Assembly (NCBI GenBank): GCA_963733195.1
Contig: CAVTCR010000086.1
Location: 1 to 64,000 of the forward strand
Direction: 5' to 3'
DNA length: 64,000 nt
Source: an uncultured delta proteobacterium
Lineage (GTDB): Bacteria > Desulfobacterota > Binatia > Bin18
Position 1 is the first letter of the stretch. The number at the start of each line of letters is the position of its first letter. Of the stretch, positions 10,539-19,896 are shown piece by piece. The notes under the pieces are model-generated. The model was not told where the DNA came from and did not search any database. It was given only the letters and a program-made list of their open reading frames with translations. Position numbers and translations under genes: made by a program.

Positions 10539-10895
10539 ATGAAAAAACGAACCCAATTCATTCCACCCCTCCCACCGGATGCAACCGATGAGGAGATTAT
10601 TCGTTGGACGGACCAACATACAGACCTCGGATCACGGCTGGATGCTGGGGATCTCAGAGATTGTAGAGATCATTCCGATTGAGCGTCTTCTAAACGCAAG
10701 AAGCCACGGAAGCATGCTCAGCTTACTTTACGTGTTCCCTCATCAATGAAGAGTGCTCTGCAAAGGATCGCACGACGACAAACGACACGCGCATCGACCC
10801 TCGCGCGCAGATGGCTAGCCGAACGACTCCAACAAGAACTCCAAACCCAAAGGCGCAGCAAACCACGACGGTCCCGCCTCCGCGCGTCTTCATAA
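10539..10895 (+). pseudogene. Frameshifted CopG/RHH-type antitoxin
   Basis: MKKRTQFIPPLPPDATDEEIIRWTDQH...; C-terminal AQLTLRVPSSMKSALQRIARR...STLARRWLAERL in another frame. Confidence 0.55.
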
Positions 10896-10961
10896 AATTA
10901 GCGTGCAGTCATCGAGTGTCGCTAGTTACCTACGAGAAAAATTGAAGGAGGAGCAATCGCG

Positions 10962-11783
10962 ATGAGCTTATGGACAACTGAAGTCGCTAACCATGTCGTG
11001 GTGGCGACCTACCTCAATCCACCAATGAATTATTTCTGCGCAGAGGGTGCGCAAGAATTTTCGGCATTGATCGAACAATGGCGGTCGCCGGATATTCGTG
11101 CTGTGGTTTTAACAGGAGGCATGCCAGGGAAGTTCATCACGCATTACAGCGTGGAAGAACTGGTCGATCTTGCCAGTAATCGCGAAGCAATGCGTGTAGC
11201 AGGAACATCGCTCACGACTGGTTATCACGCGATGCTGAAACGCATGCGTGATCTGTCGAAGCCCATCATCGTAGCCATGAATGGCGATACTATGGGTGGT
11301 GGGTTTGAGTTAAGTTTGTCCTGCGATATTCGCATCGGACAAAAGGCCGACATTCGTTATGGACTGCCGGAAGTGAAACTCGGCATTTTCCCTGGTGGCA
11401 GCGGTACGCAACGATTGTCACGCTTGATCGGTGCAGGGCGTGCGATCGAGTTTGTGCTGCGCTCACGTATTGTCCGTCCAGAGGAAGCGCTAGCGATGGG
11501 GCTCGTGCATGAGGTGGTGGATAATGCCCTCGCACGAGCGAAGGAAATTGCTGCAGAGATTGCCTCCTTTTCACCGATTGCCGTTTCTCGCGCCAAACAT
11601 GCAGTCTACATGGGCAGTGATGTCCATCTTGCTGCTGGTCTTGATGTCGAGAGTTCAGCGTTTCTGGAAACCATGCTCTCTGAAGATGGTCTTACAGCAA
11701 TGAAAACCTATATTTCATTGCCGTATGAAAAACGGCGCGACTGGCTAGAGAAACCTGTATCACCAGAGTACAAGGGCAAATAA
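10962..11783 (+). CDS. Enoyl-CoA hydratase/isomerase
   Basis: MNGDTMGGGFELSLSCD, GLPEVKLGIFPGGSGTQRL. Confidence 0.92.
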   Translation: MSLWTTEVANHVVVATYLNPPMNYFCAEGAQEFSALIEQWRSPDIRAVVLTGGMPGKFITHYSVEELVDLASNREAMRVAGTSLTTGYHAMLKRMRDLSKPIIVAMNGDTMGGGFELSLSCDIRIGQKADIRYGLPEVKLGIFPGGSGTQRLSRLIGAGRAIEFVLRSRIVRPEEALAMGLVHEVVDNALARAKEIAAEIASFSPIAVSRAKHAVYMGSDVHLAAGLDVESSAFLETMLSEDGLTAMKTYISLPYEKRRDWLEKPVSPEYKGK

Positions 11784-11806
11784 CAAAGCTCAGAAAGGAA
11801 AAAACG

Positions 11807-12103
11807 ATGAGTGTACTCGTTCTCGTTCAAGGCAATCCCAAACCTGATAAGGCGGACATCCTTCAGCAATACCAAGCCGTCGCTCGCACAGTCATCGGTA
11901 AACACGGCGGTCAACCAGTCGCTCGTGGAAGTGGTATTGGCACGCTGCATGGCTCGCGAAAATGGCAGATCGGTATCGTGATTCGTTTTCCTGATGAAGC
12001 TTCTGTGAGAGCCTGGTACAACGACCCTGAGTACCAAAAGGTCTTGCCGTTACGCGACGAAGCCTACGGTAACGATCTTGAGATTACGATGTTTCAGGAG
12101 TAG
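11807..12103 (+). CDS. DUF1330 domain protein
   Basis: KHGGQPVARG, VIRFPDEASVRAWYNDPEYQ. Confidence 0.85.
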   Translation: MSVLVLVQGNPKPDKADILQQYQAVARTVIGKHGGQPVARGSGIGTLHGSRKWQIGIVIRFPDEASVRAWYNDPEYQKVLPLRDEAYGNDLEITMFQE

Positions 12104-12170
12104 CGACCTTCATCTTTGCCCTCTCCCTTCGAGGGAGAGGGCATCTCTGAAAAGCTGCTACAGAATAAAA

Positions 12171-13317
12171 TCAAGAGAGCGAGAAGTGAAAAATCCTCGC
12201 TGCATTGTCACACGTCAACTTACGTAGCTCGGCTTCCGGCACGTCAGTGAACATGGTCGATAAAAATTCGCGCGACTTCGGCCACGTCGACTCTGAATGA
12301 GGGAAATCATTGCCCCACATCAGATTGTCAATCCCGATCCGATGACGGAGTTGCACCACGACATCGTCTTCCTGAAACACAGCGAACAAATTGCGCCGCC
12401 AGTAATCGCTCGGGAGTAAACCTTCCTTTCGATTGATACCCACGATACACCGGACGCTCTTTGTAGGTATAATCCATCTGTTTAAGCCAATGCGGTACCC
12501 AGGAGGCTTCGTGCTCGACTGAGCCAACACATAACCGCGGATAGCGCTCGAAGACACCGGAGAAGATCATATCCGTCAACGAATACCGCACCCAATAATC
12601 TTGCGTGGGACGCAAGCCCGCAGGGGTGAACGTCTTAAAACTAACGCTGATCTCACAACCTGGCACATTGGCTCGCTGCGTCGCGAGATGCATCAAGAGT
12701 GGAATATCGAGATCCGCCGCCTTTGCCCAGAGTGGATTATACACAGGATCTCGGTACGGTTGGCCTGGAGTCGGGGTCACAGGAATAAACATCCCAGCCA
12801 GCCCGAGCTTGGCACTCCGTTCCAATTCAGCACAGGCTTCCGCTACGTTATCGACATTCAACATGCCAATGCCTTTTAGGCGGGCAGGGTGCGGTTTGCA
12901 GAAATCGGCAATCCAATCATTGTAGGCTCGGCATAAGCCTGAGAGGAGTTCGCTGTCCTCGATGTGGTACCAAAACAGCCCTTGGCTCGGTTGAACAATC
13001 GCACCCCAGATACCATCGAATTCCAACTCCTTGAGCATCGCATCTGGTTGATAGGCACCTTCACGTACATCCTCCCAGATGCCAACGAAGTCGATTTTCT
13101 CTGGATCATCGAAGCGCCGTCCAGCTTGCGTTACGGCACCAAGTGTGACGACCTGAGTGTCACCGAGAAACCAGGCATCTGAATCTTTGCCGTCGGCTGT
13201 CTTTTGTCGTTTGATATATGGTGCACGGTCACGGCATTTACCAGTCATACGCGAGGTATACAGGTCGGGTGGCTCAACGATATGGGTATCGCCGGAGATG
13301 ATTTTGTAAGTGGTCAT
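12171..13317 (-). CDS. Amidohydrolase_2 family protein, one frameshift (~12440)
   Basis: ISGDTHIVEP, RAYNDW, SGVFERYP; MWGNDFPHSESTWP in second frame. Confidence 0.88.
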
Positions 13318-13512
13318 GAAGTTTCTCCTTTATCATTTGGCCGCTCTCCCTCGACTTATGGGCTTGTTATTCCCGCGCAGGCGGGAAGCTGGCTTTTATT
13401 TCCGGATTCCGGGTTGCGATCTGCGGCTCCCGTATCAAGTATGGAGCAGACTCGCCCGGAATGACGCTGCCATGAGTCGATATGTGTCGGTCAAAATGGC
13501 AGAGACAATAAA

Positions 13513-14139
13513 TTACAAATTGTTTTTGTAATCGTTCTCGACAAACTCATCAAATTGTTTGATCGTCTTTTCATCACCACCCATTTTCGTGACGAGCAGC
13601 TTGCCAAATGAAATCTTGTAGTGTTCCGGCCAGTGCTCTGGTTGCCAGACATGAGCGCGAAGAAAGGCTTTGGCGCAATGGAGGAAGCATTCTTCAATAG
13701 TTACACGAATAGCAACGACAGCAGGTTTTCCGCGTGCCGACAAGCGCTCCAGAATCACCGGATCGGCGGTCAACTCAGCACGGCCATTGACGCGGAAGGT
13801 CTCGCCAGTTCCTGGAATCAAGAAAATTACCCCAACACGTGGATTCTGCAAAATATTCTGCAGACCGAAGATCAATTTGTTGCCACTCCGATCGGGAATC
13901 AACAGTGTGGTTTCGTTCTCTATCTCAACAAACCCCGGACCGTCCCCTTTGGGCGAGACATCCATATTGCCCTCAGCATCCGCAGTAGCAAGAAGCAAGA
14001 AAGGGGACTTTTTGATAAACCCTACAGCAGTCTCATTCAGTGACTTCCAGAGTTTCAATGGAACGATTGGTGATGGCTCCCCAATGCGGGCACGGAGCTG
14101 TTCAACGGTAGTAATCCGGTGTGCGTCTACGCTAGACAT
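13513..14139 (-). CDS. Pyridoxamine 5'-phosphate oxidase-like FMN-binding protein (MSMEG_1061-like)
   Basis: DVSPKGDGPGFV, IPDRSGN, FLHCAKAFLR. Confidence 0.88.
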   Translation of the reverse strand: MSSVDAHRITTVEQLRARIGEPSPIVPLKLWKSLNETAVGFIKKSPFLLLATADAEGNMDVSPKGDGPGFVEIENETTLLIPDRSGNKLIFGLQNILQNPRVGVIFLIPGTGETFRVNGRAELTADPVILERLSARGKPAVVAIRVTIEECFLHCAKAFLRAHVWQPEHWPEHYKISFGKLLVTKMGGDEKTIKQFDEFVENDYKNNL

Positions 14140-14158
14140 GAAGTGGTCCTCCCTTTCG

Positions 14159-15145
14159 TTAATTCAGTCGCAACAAACGGCTCGCATTGCCTCCGAGAAT
14201 TGCGGCTTCTGCCTCTGCCTCTAATTGCAGCGCTTTGACCTCAGCCACTGGGTGGGCAATACCAGCCGGAAGCGGATAATCTGTTCCTATCACTAAGCGT
14301 TGATGTCCATAGGTGGTGATCAAATAGCGCAGCATGTAAGGATTAAACGTAATGGTATCAAAAGCGAATTGTTCAATATAACTCGACGGTGGTCGCGGAA
14401 TTGCCTCGCGACATTCTGTGAGTTTCTCATACCCCATATCAAGTCGCCCAAGGATGCTGGGGAGCGCACCTCCCGCATGGTACAACAGCACGCGCAAGCG
14501 CGGGTGTCGTTCGAGGATCCCACCATAAATCAGCAGTGCTGCGGCCAAACCAGTGTCGTACAAATTCCCCACTAGATTTCCTAGCGCATAGCGAGCCAAG
14601 GCTCCTTGCGGAGCAGCTTCAAAAGGATGCATGCAGACGACCATCTGTAACGCTGCCGCAGCCTCCCAGAAGATAGCAAATTGCGCTTCATCGAGGCCGT
14701 GTCCACGGATATTCGGCGGGATCTCTACTCCACGGAGTCCAAGCTTATGAGCGCGTTCCAGTTCTTTCACTGCTGCTGGAGGATCTTGCAAGGGCACCGA
14801 CGCCAGTGGTGCGAAGTGTTGCGGATAACGTTGACCAATCGCAACGAGTGCATCGTTGTTGACTTGCGCGATCGCCAATCCCAGTGCTGGTGTAACGTCT
14901 GGATACATCACAAACGGCACACAAGAGAGCGCTTGTAGATCGACCCCTTCGGTTGCCATATCGGCGAGACGGGCTTCAGGGTGGGTGATTTTGTCATGGA
15001 TAGGTCGTAAAGCAGATTCCTGAATCAGGAAAAATCGCTTGCCCTCCCGTTCGATGATGCGCGTATCGTAGCGTTCTCCTTCGCGTTCGAGAAATGCAAG
15101 CACTTCTGGTGCGACAATGTGGTTGTGCATATCGATAACGCGCAT
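14159..15145 (-). CDS. Amidohydrolase/ACMSD-like decarboxylase
   Basis: IDMHNH, VPLQDP, CMHP, YHAGG, IGTDYP. Confidence 0.88.
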   Translation of the reverse strand: MRVIDMHNHIVAPEVLAFLEREGERYDTRIIEREGKRFFLIQESALRPIHDKITHPEARLADMATEGVDLQALSCVPFVMYPDVTPALGLAIAQVNNDALVAIGQRYPQHFAPLASVPLQDPPAAVKELERAHKLGLRGVEIPPNIRGHGLDEAQFAIFWEAAAALQMVVCMHPFEAAPQGALARYALGNLVGNLYDTGLAAALLIYGGILERHPRLRVLLYHAGGALPSILGRLDMGYEKLTECREAIPRPPSSYIEQFAFDTITFNPYMLRYLITTYGHQRLVIGTDYPLPAGIAHPVAEVKALQLEAEAEAAILGGNASRLLRLN

Positions 15146-15325
15146 ACGGGCCCTCAGTAATAAGTTCCTATAGAGACGCTCCAGCAAAATGTGGAGTTGA
15201 TAATGGCAGGCGCAGCCTGCCCTACGCGGAACTCACGAACACAGGTAGGGCGGGCTGCGCCCGCCACGGTGTGCTCAAGCAAGCATCCACATCTAGTGGG
15301 TTCTCCCTATAGCTATCCCCCAATC

Positions 15326-16384
15326 TCAACGCCAGATACCAAAGACTCGGAAACCGGTAGAGACCCAGGAAATCACATGCCAGATCACTTCCATCTGCCG
15401 ATTTCCCATAATCCCGGCTGCCACAATCCAATTCCGTAGCTCGTGATCGCCGTTGTTCTCGATGTCGGGCGAGTCGTAGTCGGCTATTAAACTAGCTTGC
15501 CCACGCTCGAACCAACGCATTTTCTCCATATTGCCTTCTACGTCCATCCGCATCCGGTGGTATTTTTTCGTCAACCAGGTATGTGACCACGTCGAACTTG
15601 GACACACTAGCACCCGCTCAGGACGGCGCAACAACACTTGTCGAATCGTGCGTCCCATTTCATATAGTCGCCGCGAGGTTGGAGCAGGTGGATATCCAGT
15701 AGCCGTGCGGGCTTCGATCGCTTCGCCTGATGCCATCGTGCCAAAGATGTTCAAATCAGTGCCGTAACAATTGATGAACAAGGGGATGATCGGATACTGA
15801 CCATTCTCATTGTGAAGAAAGAGTTGAGTATTTGTATGAGCGTGACCCATGCCGTTTTTCCAGCGGTCACTATTGACATCGTTCGACGAGGCGATGTCGA
15901 TACCATTGCGAATGAGTTCATCACGAATAGCGACCGCTAACTCAGAGTGACACGGCCAGAGATACTGGTGGTCTGGCGCCACCCCCCAGGTACGCTTGAT
16001 GTACTCAGCATCACCAGGAAAGCGCGACATATAGAAAGGTTTGGCGTCAATCTGATCGCCAACGTACATCACATAAGGTGGGATATTATTGGCTTGAAAA
16101 CACTGCGCCTGGTCATCGCCGATAATGAGAATGGCATCCGGCTTCACTTCATCAATGTAGGCACGCAACCGGTTGAAGGCATCCCAGTGCAACCGATGAT
16201 GCTCACGTGCTACAGCTTCTGGATCGTTGCCCAGTTGTGCGAGGGCTTCAGGCGGATCTTGAAATGGACGCTTCTCGATACGCTCAACGACTTTCATTAG
16301 CACTTGCCGCAGACGCAGCATGTTTTCCGGTGCATTCATCATGTAGGGAACATGCGACATACCGATGCCGAGAATTTCGCCCAT
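15326..16384 (-). CDS. Class III (LigB-like) extradiol ring-cleavage dioxygenase
   Basis: GMSHVP, IIGDDQ, GMGHA, STWSH, ELRNW; lies downstream of Rieske oxygenase genes. Confidence 0.75.
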   Translation of the reverse strand: MGEILGIGMSHVPYMMNAPENMLRLRQVLMKVVERIEKRPFQDPPEALAQLGNDPEAVAREHHRLHWDAFNRLRAYIDEVKPDAILIIGDDQAQCFQANNIPPYVMYVGDQIDAKPFYMSRFPGDAEYIKRTWGVAPDHQYLWPCHSELAVAIRDELIRNGIDIASSNDVNSDRWKNGMGHAHTNTQLFLHNENGQYPIIPLFINCYGTDLNIFGTMASGEAIEARTATGYPPAPTSRRLYEMGRTIRQVLLRRPERVLVCPSSTWSHTWLTKKYHRMRMDVEGNMEKMRWFERGQASLIADYDSPDIENNGDHELRNWIVAAGIMGNRQMEVIWHVISWVSTGFRVFGIWR

Positions 16385-16455
16385 GATTAAACCTCCATCG
16401 AAAAAAGGTAGATCGCGTAAGACTGTTTGTTTCAGCTGAGAGTTACGCAATACGC

Positions 16456-16956
16456 TTATAAGATGATACTAACTTTCCCCTGCGGCCGTAGTGCATCGAG
16501 ATCAAGAATAGCGCGCCGTTCACGAATTTTCAGTTGCCCGTTGTGTTGCACAAGCTGGTATTCATAACGCCCAACGTAGGTGTCCATCTGTTCCATGCGG
16601 ATGCGATAGACAACAAAGTTCGCCGTCACAGAGAGAGTGTCCCCGTCAATCTTACGAATACGAACATTACTGATCATGCGCCGCGTGCGTGAATGCGGAT
16701 GCTCAGCATGAGCTGATTTGCCCAGCAATTGCTTCACACGCGAGCGAAGACGTGTCGCATCATCCGCAACCAGAAAGAGTGTCGTCTTATGATCGCCATC
16801 CGGCATGTCAGTCGAAGGGACATAGTACGACGCATCCTCGGTCAGCAGTTGCAACCATTCTTCCAACCGCCACTCGTCAAGCAACGCAGCTTCTTCGTAG
16901 AGGAAGTCTTCGATTTGCTGGCGGGTAATAGTATGAATGTCCGTCATTGAGGTCAT
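16456..16956 (-). CDS. Aromatic ring-hydroxylating dioxygenase beta subunit
   Basis: EDFLYEEAALLDEWRLEEW, SRTRRMISNV. Confidence 0.92.
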   Translation of the reverse strand: MTSMTDIHTITRQQIEDFLYEEAALLDEWRLEEWLQLLTEDASYYVPSTDMPDGDHKTTLFLVADDATRLRSRVKQLLGKSAHAEHPHSRTRRMISNVRIRKIDGDTLSVTANFVVYRIRMEQMDTYVGRYEYQLVQHNGQLKIRERRAILDLDALRPQGKVSIIL

Positions 16957-17111
16957 TTCAGTTCGACTTGAGTTCCTAGTTGTCATGCGCGTCTGCTGTC
17001 ATTCTGAGCACGTTCAACATTCCGCTCATGCTCTGGATCGTTCACGGATGACATCACGTACCGAATCTGACTGGCGTTACAGAATGACACATCCTTCAAC
17101 TTACGCTACAG

Positions 17112-18408
17112 TCAATCACGCTGCCCGTGACGCCACCATCCGCGCCGGTGTAACGTCAGGAGATCATGCCACCGTCGCCAGAATTCTCGTATTTGTAATT
17201 CATCACTGGTCACCGGGTTGGCGCGTTTCATACCGCGGGAAATATCAGACCAAGCCACTTCTTTATTGGCAAACCCTTTCTGACACGATTCCAGCATTTC
17301 GACATCGTCAGGGGTGGCGAACCCGCCTGGCCCAAGGAATGTCAGGAAATTATCGAGTCGCAACGCACGATCCTCAGGGCTTTCCTCTTTCACTGCAAGT
17401 GCCCACGCCGACACTTCCATATAATCCGGCGAGACTGGAAAGAAGGTTCGTACCGTCACCGCCATAATGTCGTTGATAACCAGATTAGGAAAGATCAACA
17501 GATTGCGGCTCGTTTGCGCGACGCGATACGCCCATTCTTTGCCATAACGGTCAGTGAGTTTTTGTTGCATCGCCTCGAACTCGGCTTTCTTGGCTTCACC
17601 AAAATATGGAGCCCAGCGCGCCACTGGTCGGCCCCACGGTGGCTCGTATTCGATTACGGCATGACCGTTACCCAACGCTTTTCCTTCACCGTGTAAACGG
17701 GAGATCGACGGCATGTCCATGCCACCGATCTCCGCAAGGAACGACATATAGCGCTGATGGGTAGGCATCGCATGGTAGCCATCGAAGCTGTTCTCAACCA
17801 GGAGCTTCCAGTTGGCGCGCATGCTGTAGGTTTGCGCGCCTTGGACAATTTCCATTCCTACTTCAGATTGGTCACATACGAGGTCGAGATATTCTGTCGC
17901 CCCGGCGAGATAATCGAGCAACGACTCACTGTGTGGGGTGAAGTTGATGAAGATGAATCCACGATAGATTTCCATCCGCGCTGGCACACCCAATCCCAAC
18001 TCTTTGCGGTCGAACGCTGCGCTATAGGCATCCTCACCTGGGACCCCGACCAATTCGCCACAGTTATTATAGGTCCACGCGTGATACGGGCATTGGAACG
18101 TACGAGCATTCCCACGCTGTTCGCGGCAGACCAACGTCCCACGATGGGTGCAGGTATTCAGCAAGACTCGTACTTGACCATCACTGCCACGCGCCAAAAT
18201 AACCGGGCGACCAGCTACACGGCGGGAACAAAAGTCACCAGATTGGGGAATTTCAGATTCATGCCCGGCATAAATCCAGCAGCGTTCAAAGACCCGTTCG
18301 TGTTCAAGAGAGAGAATCTCCGGACTGCGGAAGGCCTGGCGATTGACACGAAACAGTCCAGCTTCGCGATCGTCGATGATCAGATTCTCAAGCGCAGTGG
18401 GAGTCCAT
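17112..18408 (-). CDS. Rieske ring-hydroxylating dioxygenase alpha subunit (cumate/benzoate-like); frameshift near start
   Basis: CTHRG...CPYH Rieske motif, NWKLLVENSFDGYHAMPTH iron site; N-terminus (FRVNRQAF...WIYAGHESEIP) continues in frame to ~18398; ATG at 18408 has AGGAGG SD. Confidence 0.92.
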
Positions 18409-18538
18409 TCGAGGCCTCCTTTTTACGATGGTGAACGGAACATGCCCCATGTCGCACGTGTTACGTATTGCGTGTTTCGTGGTACGTAACCAGACTTTCC
18501 ATTGTTCCCTTCACGTTTCACGCACCACGTTCCACGTC

Positions 18539-19348
18539 TTATTTCTCCGGCGTCCATGCCCAATACCGTGCTACTGTCCCTGCATCTACGCGTAAATCCA
18601 TCCCCGTAATCATCTCAGCGTCTTCTGACGCAAGAAATGCAATAGCTTTGGCATAATGGCGCGGGCTTGGCAACTTGCGCATCGGCGCGCCTTTGCGGAA
18701 CGGCTCAAAAAGATTGACTAGTTGCTGGGGATTCTCCATCGGTCGCCCCCACCGTTCTGCCCGTTCGATGCTTTCGCTTGGATCAGTCGCAGTGGGAGTC
18801 AGGCTATTCACACGAATGCCATAGTCGACCAGTTCCATTGCCACTGAACGAGTAAAATTCAGTAGTCCACTCTTGCCAGTACAGTAGCCGACATTGCGCG
18901 GTTGTCCCTGATGGCCGGCAGTTGAAATGATATTGATGATGTTACCCTTGCGACCCTGGTCGATCATCAATTGCGCAACATACTTGGTGAACAGGAAGGT
19001 GCCAGTCAGAATGATCGAGGTTTGCCGCGTCCACTCGGCCAGCGACATATCGAGCACGCCTTTTTGATTAAAGATGACGGCACTGTTGACGAGGATGTCG
19101 ATCCCACCAAAGGCCGTCTTCGCTCGCTCTACGGTCGCTTTGACCTGGGCCTCGTCAGTCACATCGCAAACGACACTGATCGCCTGCCCGCCGCGTTTGG
19201 TAATCGCTGCTGCACATTGGTTGGCGTTGTCTGGATGAATATCTACACAGACCAGCTTGACTCCTTCACTGGCCAGTCCTTCAGCAATGCCACCGCCGAT
19301 ATTCGGACTCGTCCCTGTCACCAACGCGACTTTGTCTCTGAGTTTCAC
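18539..19348 (-). CDS. SDR oxidoreductase (candidate dihydrodiol dehydrogenase)
   Basis: VTGTSPNIGGGIA, YCTGK; GTG start with AGGAG; directly upstream of the dioxygenase. Confidence 0.85.
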   Translation of the reverse strand: MKLRDKVALVTGTSPNIGGGIAEGLASEGVKLVCVDIHPDNANQCAAAITKRGGQAISVVCDVTDEAQVKATVERAKTAFGGIDILVNSAVIFNQKGVLDMSLAEWTRQTSIILTGTFLFTKYVAQLMIDQGRKGNIINIISTAGHQGQPRNVGYCTGKSGLLNFTRSVAMELVDYGIRVNSLTPTATDPSESIERAERWGRPMENPQQLVNLFEPFRKGAPMRKLPSPRHYAKAIAFLASEDAEMITGMDLRVDAGTVARYWAWTPEK

Positions 19349-19451
19349 AGAGTCACTCCTTGTGTAAATTTCTTCATTACGGACCGCGTTATTAGTCTTC
19401 CTAGTCTTTCGGTGTAGACCAAAAAACGAGAGAAATGAGGCACTGTATAAT

Positions 19452-19595
19452 TCAGTCTTCCGTAGCTGATCCAAAGGCAGTGTTCACAGCCTCTGGCGTG
19501 TCAACCCGGGTCAACCAAGAAATCTGGTCAAAATCTCGATCAAAGCTGGCAATGATGGCAACCCCTAACTCTCGGCATCCTACAGCAAGGCATAT
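19452..19595 (-). pseudogene. C-terminal remnant of PIN-domain (VapC-like) toxin
   Basis: Own translation CRELGVAIIASFDRDFDQISWLTRV. Confidence 0.6.
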
Positions 19596-19819
19596 CACCA
19601 CTCCCAGGCGATAAGTCCAGTCAAAGAATCCAGATGTGATGCGGGGACGGTGCGCAAGATAAAGTTGGCAGATTCTTGAACATGAGCTTCTGTGGTGCTC
19701 TCTTTGACTCCCTGCGCCTTCAAGAACCGCACGAAATCCAACACTTCTACTACTTTCTCTCTTGGCAACTCATCGAGAGTACGCAGGACTGCCTGCTTGA
19801 GATTTTGTTCGGGTAACAT
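19595..19819 (-). CDS. DUF2281-like antitoxin, probably truncated
   Basis: LDELPREKVVEVLDFVRFLK; abuts PIN remnant. Confidence 0.6.
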   Translation of the reverse strand: MLPEQNLKQAVLRTLDELPREKVVEVLDFVRFLKAQGVKESTTEAHVQESANFILRTVPASHLDSLTGLIAWEW

Positions 19820-19896
19820 CACGTTTCCTCTCACGTACGATCAATAATGGCTTTCGTTGTAACACCAACGACCGCTGCCAGCCAGTTGCATCCTGC

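Noticed and set aside
18396-18408. TGA near the Rieske alpha start as a recoding site
   Set aside because: Better explained by one extra C in a short run; downstream homology is in a different frame.
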